Assembly: GCF_001194135.2 (NCBI RefSeq)
Contig: NC_068997.1
Location: 41,553,390-41,599,097 of the forward strand
Direction of reading: 5' to 3'
Length of the DNA: 45,708 bases
Origin: Octopus bimaculoides
Taxonomy: Eukaryota
This document shows positions 37,201 to 45,708 of this stretch, in pieces; position 1 is the stretch's first letter, and each line of letters begins with the position of its first letter. Position numbers and translations under genes: made by a program. The notes beneath the pieces are model-generated. The model worked only from the letters and a program-made list of their open reading frames with translations. It did not search any database and was not told where the DNA came from.

Positions 37201-37420
37201 TTTGTGTCTGTGTTTGTCCCACCCACTACTGCTTGACAACTGGTGTTGATACGCTTACATGCCTATAACTTAGCAGTTGAGCAAAAGAGACTGATAGAAT
37301 AAATACCAGGCTTTAAAAGTAAGTCCTGAGATCGATTTGTTTCAATAAAACCCTTCAAGGCAGAGCCCCAACATGGCCACAGTCAAATTACTGAAACAAG
37401 TTAAAGAATAAAAGACTAAA
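36965..37420 (+). mobile_element. SINE family A, near full length
   Basis: Head GGTTGTATGGTAAGAAGCTTGC, internal (TG)n, and tail CATGGCCACAGTCAAATTACTGAAAC. Confidence 0.85.
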
Positions 37421-38308
37421 AGAATATATATAGTTATTGTAATGAATAATCTTCTGTAATGATACATGAATATAAACACAGCAACTTAAAGCTATTGTGC
37501 AATGCAAAAACAAATGCTGTGACCTGCTACTAAACCCTGATATCCTCTATCCTTGTAGTAATCTTATGCAGAGAGGAGTTTCACATGTTTATCCCACCCT
37601 GGAATATACCCTACTGTAAGATAACATGTGGTAGCCAAATTACTACATAAGAGCTCTTAATTGCACATTGCATTTTCCCCCAAATTGAATTAAATTGTAT
37701 CAAATATATATATTAGAAATTACTATTTTGATGAAATGAGAAAGTATAATGGTTACCCAATGCTTAGAATTTCATATGAATTCATGTTTGTTTGAATTCT
37801 AATCAAATATTAAACTTTCTTATTTTGCCAGACAATGAACTTTTATTTAGCAACATTTTCACAAGAAAGAAATTAAAAACATTAAAAGTATAAAAGATTA
37901 AATTATTGATAAAAACAAAATGCCATTGTCCTTCAATTTTCTTCTGGTACTGTATATACTAGAAGAACTGACAGAATCTGTATGTGAGAACGGAATAAAA
38001 CAAAAGATTTAATTTATCTTTTTATCATAACATGATGATAGAATAAAAAGTTAAACTAAATCACCTGCTCTCTATCCTGCTCTCATATATATATATATAT
38101 ATATANNNNNNNNNNNNNNNNNNNNNNNNNNNNNNNNNNNNNNNNNNNNNNNNNNNNNNNNNNNNNNNNNNNNNNNNNNNNNNNNNNNNNNNNNNNNNNN
38201 NNNNNNNNNNNNNNNNNNNNNNNNNNNNNNNNNNNNNNNNNNNNNNNNNNNNNNNNNNNNNNNNNNNNNNNNNNNTTATGATTTTTTTCAACATATTCCC
38301 CTTCTCAG

Positions 38309-38435
38309 ATTCACACACTTACTGCCAGTGGCCCTTCAGTTGTTCTAAATGCTGTAAAAGAACTTGGAAAGTTGAGCCTCCAGCCAGGCCTTTTGTGATA
38401 CCCTTAAAGCCAGGAACTTTTCTGCATCCACTCAT
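38309..38435 (+). CDS. Possible next exon of the Tg1-domain gene (Cys-rich, 3' end uncertain)
   Basis: Acceptor tttttcaacatattccccttctcag ends at 38308. Phase-1 continuation is open: (N)SHTYCQWPFSCSKCCKRTWKVEPPARPFVIPLKPGTFLHPL. There is no convincing donor and no recognised domain. Confidence 0.3.
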
Positions 38436-38476
38436 GTATATATACATATATATAAATATATATATAGAGAGAGAGA

Positions 38477-38526
<50 letters not shown>

Positions 38527-38555
38527 GACAGACAGACAGAGACAGACAGACAGAC

Positions 38556-38592
<37 letters not shown>

Positions 38593-38679
38593 TAGACAGA
38601 GAGTGAGAGAGAGAGGGGGGATCATACATGTTGTATGCATCAGGACATATACTCAATATAGTGCATGTAGATTTTCAGC

Positions 38680-38885
38680 GTCCCCTTACTGGCACTTGTG
38701 CCGGTGGCATGTAAAAGCACCCACTACACCCTTGGAGTGGTTGGCGTTAGGAAGGGAATCCAGCTGTAGGAACTCTGCCAGATCAGACTGGAGCCTGGTG
38801 CAGCCATTTGGTTCGCTAGTCCTCAGTCAAATCGTCCAACTCATGCTAGCATGGAAAACGGACGTTAAATGATGACGATGATGAT
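38680..38885 (+). mobile_element. Family B retroposon 3' part
   Basis: GGTTGGCGTTAGGAAGGGAATCCAGCTGTAG...GCATGGAAAACGGACGTTAAATGATGACGATG. Confidence 0.8.
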
Positions 38886-38906
38886 ATATATATATATATG
38901 AGTGTA

Positions 38907-39183
38907 GAAGATGTTTGTAAGCCATTCAAGATCACAAAAAGACCGTTAGTTTCACTTCAATATTTAAATTTAATTTGTGTCAAATTATTTTTGTTCCTTT
39001 AAAACCGTGACCTGTTTAATGACAAAGTGTCATGCTGCATCTCCAAGTGCTGCAACATGAAGTTTTGTCAGTGGACAGGTCGTGGTTTCAAAACAGTGAA
39101 AATATTTTGACACAAATTAAATGTAAATGCTGAAGCAAAACTAACAGTTTTTGTGTGCTCTTGAATGGCTTTTAAACATCTTC
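38907..39183. repeat. Fold-back / MITE-like inverted repeat (~120-bp arms)
   Basis: gaagatgtttgtaagccattcaag...gacctgtttaatgacaaa (38907-39026) pairs with 39064-39183. The spacer holds an inner tcatg.tgca/tgca.catga pair. Confidence 0.85.
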
Positions 39184-39996
39184 CATGCTGCAATTGTTTT
39201 TGTTTCAGTACGTGATCTCAGATCAAGTCACTTGCTATGCAAGTACATCTTCCTACATATATATTATCATCATCATCATCATCGTTTAACGTCCGTCTTC
39301 CATGCTAGCATGGGTTGGACAATTTGACTGAGGACTGGCGAACTAGAAGGCTGCACCAGGTTCCAATCTGATCTAGATATATATATATATATATATANNN
39401 NNNNNNNNNNNNNNNNNNNNNNNNNNNNNNNNNNNNNNNNNNNNNNNNNNNNNNNNNNNNNNNNNNNNNNNNNNNNNNNNNNNNNNNNNNNNNNNNNNNN
39501 NNNNNNNNNNNNNNNNNNNNNNNNNNNNNNNNNNNNNNNNNNNNNNNNNNNNNNNNNNNNNNNNNNNNNNNNNNNNNNNNNNNNNNNNNNNNNNNNNNNN
39601 NNNNNNNNNNNNNNNNNNNNNNNNNNNNNNNNNNNNNNNNNNNNNNNNNNNNNNNNNNNNNNNNNNNNNNNNNNNNNNNNNNNNNNNNNNNNNNNNNNNN
39701 NNNNNNNNNNNNNNNNNNNNNNNNNNNNNNNNNNNNNNNNNNNNNNNNNNNNNNNNNNNNNNNNNNNNNNNNNNNNNNNNNNNNNNNNNNNNNNNNNNNN
39801 NNNNNNNNNNNNNNNNNNNNNNNNNNNNNNNNNNNNNNNNNNNNNNNNNNNNNNNNNNNNNNNNNNNNNNNNNNNNNNNNNNNNNNNNNNNNNNNNNNNN
39901 NNNNNNNNNNNNNNNNNNNNNNNNNNNNNNNNNNNNNNNNNNNNNNNNNNNNNNNNNNNNNNNNNNNNNNNNNAACATATGCACACATATACATAC

Positions 39997-40024
<28 letters not shown>

Positions 40025-40027
<3 letters not shown>

Positions 40028-40190
40028 CGACGGGCTTCTTTCAGTTTCCGTCTACCAAATCCACTCACAAGGCTTTGGTCAGCCCGAGGCTATAGTAGAA
40101 AACATTTGCCCAAGATGCCATTCAGTGGGACTGAACCCAGAATCATGTGGTTGGTAAGCAAGCTCCTTAGCACACAGCCACTTCTGCAGC
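40025..40190 (-). mobile_element. SINE family A head
   Basis: GACGGGCTTCTTTCAGTTTCCGTCTACCAAATCCACTCACAAGGCTTTGGTCAGCCCGAGG. Confidence 0.85.
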
Positions 40191-40679
40191 TATATGTATA
40201 TAAATATATAATACCCAGAAAGCAACTACATACTGCTGCATTATCTACCTATGGAAACATGCATTGCTGAATATCTAGTTGCCTTAAGCTATGTGTTTTG
40301 GATAAATGGATCTATATGTTCACTCTATTTGCTTCTTTCCGTTGTGCTGTCTTGCATTACTAAGTCATCGTTTTACATCCAGATACCCCTTCTTGTCTCT
40401 AACCCTTGTTTGTTTTTCAAGTAAAGGATTTTTCATTCCACTCACCTTCAAAAGTGCAGGGTTAACAGACCATTTTGTCGACAGGGATTGTCAACAAGCA
40501 TCACCATTTGTAGTTTGGCTACCTATTCAGACAAGGTGGTGAATGCAAATGTTCACACAGACACACACATGCACACAAACATATAAACACACGTGTGTCT
40601 ATATATGTATGGCAAGTGTCTATGCTGTCTATGAAATTCATAATGATGAAGATGATGATGATGATCATGGAGGGTAAGG

Positions 40680-40785
40680 GGGGAGGAGGAGGAGGAGGAG
40701 GAGAAGAAGGAGGAGAAGAAGAAGAAGAAGAAGAAGAAGAAGAAGAAGAAGAAGAAGAAGAAGAAGAAGAAGAAGAAGAAGAAAT
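40680..40785 (+). repeat. (GGA)n/(GAA)n polypurine tract
   Basis: Direct reading. Confidence 0.9.
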
Positions 40786-41404
40786 GGATGGATTTGAATG
40801 AAAAACAAGAATTTAACAAAGAAAAAGAAAGAGAAAAATGAAAAAGGAATGAATTGAAGGTGAAGAAAAATGGGGAAAGAAGGGAGCAGAAAAAGGTTTT
40901 GGAGTAAATATTAGCAAGAAACCCTATAAAACTGTGATTTATTTTAATGATGATGAATCTATTACATGATGTAATCTAAGAAATGAAATAGTCATAAGAT
41001 CATTCAGATAACATTAATTATTGATTATTTCTGTTAGGTTAGTTAGTTAGATGAGCAATATGTTTATTAATTAGAGAAATATATTTACTGAGAGAAACAG
41101 AAATTTCATATTTGAATACAGTGTATATCTAAAGAGATATAACATTCAATAGCTTAGGTGGAAGATATATGACAAATTTCTTTTAGTTTTCATCTACTAA
41201 ATCCATTTACCTGGCTTTGGCCAGCCTGGAGCTCACCTAAGTAGAAGACACTCATTCAAGGTGTTGTGTAGTGGGATTGAACTTGAGATTACATGGTTGG
41301 AATGCAAGTTGCTTTAACCACCAGTTATACCTGCATCTATATCATATTGTTAATTTAGTTAAACAAGTCATTAAAATCAGTTCACACATTGAAAGCAATA
41401 TTCT

Positions 41405-41620
41405 AAGGTGACAAACTGGCAGAATCATTAGCATGCCAGGCAAAATGCTTAGCAGCATTTTGTCTGTTTATACATTCTGAGTTCAAATTCCACCAAGCTT
41501 GACTTTGCCTTTTATCCTTTTGGGGAAGATAAATTAAGTACTAGTGGAAAACTGGGATTGATGCAATTGACTTACACCCTGCCCCAGACTTGCTGGCCTT
41601 GTACCAAAATTTGAAATCAA
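41405..41620 (+). mobile_element. SINE family C (Nin/Deu-type domain)
   Basis: GGTGACAAACTGGCAGAATCATTAGC...GAGTTCAAATTCCACCAAGCTTGACTTTGCCTTTTATCC. Confidence 0.8.
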
Positions 41621-41859
41621 TATTTATTAATGGAAGCTTTGGAAATTCCACACTGCATAAACATTCTTGATCCTATTTTGTAGTTTAGATATAAATGACT
41701 TCCTAACATTGCTTCATTATGTTTAATGATTTTTATGGTCTCTGGTTTTGTTCCTTACTTAAACTTGTTGAAAGCCTCACACTCAAACTTGCTTCATCAT
41801 GTAGATTTCAATGAAGGTGACAAGCTGGCAGAAACATTATAACTGGTAGAAACATTATA

Positions 41860-42075
41860 AGGCGGTGAGCTGGCAGAAATGTTAGCAAGTCGGGCGAAAT
41901 GCTTAGCGGTATTTCGTCTGCCACTATGTTCTGAGTTCAAATTCCGCTGAGGTCGACGTTGCCCTTCATCTTTTCGAGGTCGATTAAATAAGTACCAGTT
42001 ATGCACTGGGGTCAATATAGTCGACTTAATCCCTTTGTCTGTCCCCCTTGTGGGCAATAAAGAAATAAGAATCAT
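41860..42075 (+). mobile_element. SINE family C (Nin/Deu-type domain), little diverged
   Basis: GGCGGTGAGCTGGCAGAAATGTTAGC...GAGGTCGACGTTGCCCTTCATC..TTCGAGGTCGATTAAATAAGTACCAG. It is preceded by partial head duplications at 41815-41860. Confidence 0.85.
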
Positions 42076-42084
42076 TATAACTGG

Positions 42085-42400
42085 CATTCTGTCAGTTACA
42101 ACAGCAAGGGTTCCTGTGGATTCAATCAAAGGAACAGCCTGCTCATGAAATTAACATGCAAGTGGCTGAGCACTCCACAGATATGTGTACCCTTGATGTA
42201 GTTCTCAGGGAGATTCAGCATGACACGTGACAAGACTGGCCCTTTGGAATACAGGTACTACTCATTTTCACCAACTAAGTGGACTGGAGCAATGTGAAAT
42301 AAAGAGTCTTACTCAAGGACAGAATGCATTGCTGGGAACTGAACCCATGACCTTACGACTCTGAGCCAAATACCCTAACTGCCAAACCACGTTCCTTCAC
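42085..42400 (-). mobile_element. tRNA-head SINE family D, near full length
   Basis: GGAACAGCCTGCTCATGAAATTAAC...GTGGACTGGAGCAATGTGAAATAAAGAGTCTTACTCAAGGAC; head at the right end. Confidence 0.8.
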
Positions 42401-42494
42401 AGAAACATTACAGCATTGAGGAACAACGTTTTAGGGTGCATGTTCCAGCCCTTTACATTCTGAGTTCAAATCCTGCAATTTTATAGTAGAAAAT

Positions 42495-42840
42495 ATCTTC
42501 TACTATAAAAAAAGGAACCCCTTCAGTTATGAATGACCATGGGATTGCACCTAGAAAGTTCCCCTCCAAGGCACAAGTCCAGGCAAGATTGTTTATGGAA
42601 GACCAGTGGTCACCCATGCATACCAACGTCCTCTCTCCACACCACTGATATTATCCAAGGGAAGGGCAAAGGCCGATACAGCTTGGCACCAGTGATGTTG
42701 CAACTCATTTCTACAGGTGAGTGAATTGGAGCAATGTGAAATAAAGTGTCTTGCTCAAGAACACAACATGCAGGTTGGTCCGGGAACCAATCTCATTACT
42801 TCATGATTGTGAGCCTGAGGCTCTAACCACTGAGCCAGCC
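42495..42840 (-). mobile_element. tRNA-head SINE sharing the family D head but with a different body
   Basis: GGAGCAATGTGAAATAAAGTGTCTTGCTCAAGAACACAAC...CTCTAACCACTGAGCC plus body GGGATTGCACCTAGAAAGTT. Confidence 0.7.
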
Positions 42841-42849
42841 CCCAGCTAA

Positions 42850-42905
42850 TCAATGCCTTGTAAGTAAATTTGGTAAACAGAAACTGTGTGGAAGCCTGTC
42901 ATTTA

Positions 42906-42949
<44 letters not shown>

Positions 42950-43145
42950 TTTGTTTGTCCCCCACCATTTGATAAGCAATGTTGGTTTGTTTACATCCCC
43001 ATAACTTAACCAAAAGAAAACTGATAGAATAAGTACCAAACTTAAAAGAAAATAGGTAATGGAGTTGGTTTGCTTGGCTAAAGCCTCCATAGTAGTGCTC
43101 CAGCATGGTCATTGTCCAATGACTGAAACAATTAAAAGGTAAGAG
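42850..43145 (+). mobile_element. SINE family A, 3' two-thirds
   Basis: GAAACTGTGTGGAAGCCTGTC, (TG)n, and tail GTGCTCCAGCATGGTC..AATGACTGAAAC. Confidence 0.75.
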
Positions 43146-43545
43146 ATGAAAGACATAAAATAAAAAACAAAATAACTGAATATGACTTAACAAAATCACT
43201 CTCCATTTGCTGGACCTTCACATATAAAAATGTTCAATGTTCCTAGTGGAGATCCCTATATTGACCCTAGTGTGGCCAAATGGTTAAGGTCATTTTGGAA
43301 TCACAAGGTTGTGGGTTCAATTCCATTGTGTGCCAAGTGTCATGAACAAGTGTCTTCTACCATAAACTCTGATCAATCAAAGTGTCATATGTGAAACAGT
43401 GCTCATGGAAACTGTATGGAAGCCTCTAAGATGGATCATACTTGTAATTTAAGAATCCAGTCTAATCACGTATTCTGCCAGATTAATTCAATTTGAAAAT
43501 TAGTTTAAGGGTATAATTAACAGTGTAGTACATAGATAATTTACA

Positions 43546-43958
43546 GGAGTGGCTGTGTTGTAAGCTGCTTGCTTACCAACCACATGATTCCGGGTTCAGG
43601 CCCACTGCGTGGCACCTTGGGCAAGTGTCTTCTACTACAGCCTTGGGCTGACCAAGGCCTTGTGAGTGGATTTGGTAGACGAAAACTGAAAGAAGCCCGT
43701 CGTATATATGTATATACATATATGTATGTGTGTGTATATGTTTGTGTGACTGTGTTTGCCCCCCCCCCCAACATCGCTTGACAACCGATGCTGGTGGTGT
43801 TTATGTTCCCGTCACTTAGCTGTTCAGCAAAAAGAGACCGATAGAATAAGTACTAGACTTACAAAGAATAAGTCCTGGGGTCGATTTGCTCGACTAAAGG
43901 TGGTGCTCCAGCATGGCCACAGTCAAATGACTGAAACAAGTAAAAGAGTAAAAGAGTA
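43546..43958 (+). mobile_element. SINE family A, full-length little-diverged copy
   Basis: tRNA-like head GGAGTGGCTGTGTTGTAAGCTGCTTGC..GATTCCGGGTTCAGGCCC, internal TA/TG tract, and tail ending (AAAAGAGT)2. Confidence 0.9.
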
Positions 43959-44477
43959 TTCCTACTCAATGAGCAGATAATCAATTAAACAATTGAATAC
44001 TAATTATTGAAGAGACACATCAGAGATCCATTTGCTTTTTATATGATTGATACTTGATGGTACTTTAATTTATTGAACTGAAACGAATGAAAGGCAAAAA
44101 TCAACCACAGCAAGACTCTGAACCCAGAATGTCAGGATGAAACTAACAGCTACATGGCATTAAAATCACTCACTTTACCATTCTCTGCTACTCCTTGCCA
44201 AGCTGCTTGTTATTGATAAAATAATGAAAGTTCCTTTCTGAGTTCCCTTTTCTTAATCAATATCCAATATAGAAAATATAGTGTCATATTATTGACTTGT
44301 TCACATTTTCAAGAAGGGATCGAACAATGTTTTTTTTTTTAGGACATTCAGACTCACTTGCTGACTCAAACACACAAGCTATTAAAATACATGAATATAT
44401 GTAAATATGCGTATTTGTGTATCTATATATATGTATGTATACATGCATGTATGAATAGGTATTTGTGCGTGTGCATA

Positions 44478-44540
<63 letters not shown>

Positions 44541-45088
44541 NNNNNNNNNNNNNNNNNNNNNNNNNNNNNNNNNNNNNNNNNNNNNNNNNNNNNNNNNNNN
44601 NNNNNNNNNNNNNNNNNNNNNNNNNNNNNNNNNNNNNNNNNNNNNNNNNNNNNNNNNNNNNNNNNNNNNNNNNNNNNNNNNNNNNNNNNNNNNNNNNNNN
44701 NNNNNNNNNNNNNNNNNNNNNNNNNNNNNNNNNNNNNNNNNNNNNNNNNNNNNNNNNNNNNNNNNNNNNNNNNNNNNNNNNNNNNNNNNNNNNNNNNNNN
44801 NNNNNNNNNNNNNNNNNNNNNNNNNNNNNNNNNNNNNNNNNNNNNNNNNNNNNNNNNNNNNNNNNNNNNNNNNNNNNNNNNNNNNNNNNNNNNNNNNNNN
44901 NNNNNNNNNNNNNNNNNNNNNNNNNNNNNNNNNNNNNNNNNNNNNNNNNNNNNNNNNNNNNNNNNNNNNNNNNNNNNNNNNNNNNNNNNNNNNNNNNNNN
45001 NNNNNNNNNNNNNNNNNNNNNNNNNNNNNNNNNNNNNNNNNNNNNNNNNNNNNNNNNNNNNNNNNNNNNNNNNNNNNNNNNNNNNNNN

Positions 45089-45131
<43 letters not shown>

Positions 45132-45136
45132 CATAC

Positions 45137-45493
45137 AGGTAGGTCCAGAGTAATCTGTAAGGAGAGGTGCAGCCGGAGTGTAGAAAGTCCAGAATAATGT
45201 CCAAAAGAGCGTAGAAAGGTAGAAAGGTAGAAAGTTAGTGGATAATGAGAGGAGACTGGATCAACTGGTGTGACCACGTGAGCGTGTGATATGTATGGGG
45301 AAAATTCACAAAAAAAAACAATAGACGAAGACAGGTGGTGTAGAAAACAAATGGATGTATTAGTATAACACTCGAGAATTGAAAAAGTCTTTAACGTTAA
45401 AGACTTTTTCAATTCCCGAGCATTATACTAATACATCTATTTGTTTTCTACACCACCTGTCTTCACCTGTTGGTTTTTTTTTGTGAATTCTCC
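45137..45493. mobile_element. PLE terminal fragment ending in a spacer-less palindrome
   Basis: ~97-bp arms at 45298-45395 and 45396-45493 are centred on AAC|GTT. The right arm is homologous to 11863-11950. Confidence 0.7.
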
Positions 45494-45708
45494 GTATATA
45501 TACATACATATATCTATATATATAAATATATATACATATATATATATATATAGATATATATATATATATGTATGTATGTATATATGTATGTATACGATCC
45601 AGGAATCAAGGTGTAGGAAGAAAGTTAGCTTCAAGCAATCCGTAGTAAATATAAAAAAAACAAATTTGAGGGACAATAGTGGTTTGTAGCCCAGATCTTA
45701 CCTGCTCC

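Noticed and set aside
40441-40525. Minus-strand exon-like segment with an AAG|GTGAGT donor and a small ttgtcgaca/tgtcaacaa hairpin
   Set aside because: All three frames contain stops between the nearest acceptor and the donor; there is no support beyond splice-like words.

Overview
Eukaryotic, AT-rich, gapped draft-genome sequence. The SINE families and microsatellite load match what I recall for Octopus (not verifiable here). Almost the whole window appears to be intron of one + strand gene. Two exons (3332-3443 and 36529-36614) splice in frame across about 33 kb to give a complete six-cysteine thyroglobulin type-1 domain, and a possible next exon starts at 38309. The introns hold (TA)n/(CA)n/(GATA)n/(CAT)n microsatellites, many tRNA-derived SINE copies and four Tc1/mariner relics. 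They also hold a hAT MITE, RTE LINE fragments, a stack of restriction-like-endonuclease LINE 3' ends and Penelope-like element (PLE) debris. The most notable unexplained structure is a set of hammerhead-ribozyme-like motifs and long fold-back palindromes. These include a ~500-nt direct-repeat unit carrying a hammerhead and an old Naiad-like PLE that can be reassembled across ~6.5 kb of nested insertions, with inverted hammerhead-bearing termini. No prokaryotic-type system, CRISPR array, rRNA or true tRNA is supported. Nearly all ORFs in the supplied track are microsatellite or N-gap artefacts. Repeat boundaries are read by eye and approximate unless TIR/TSD positions are given.
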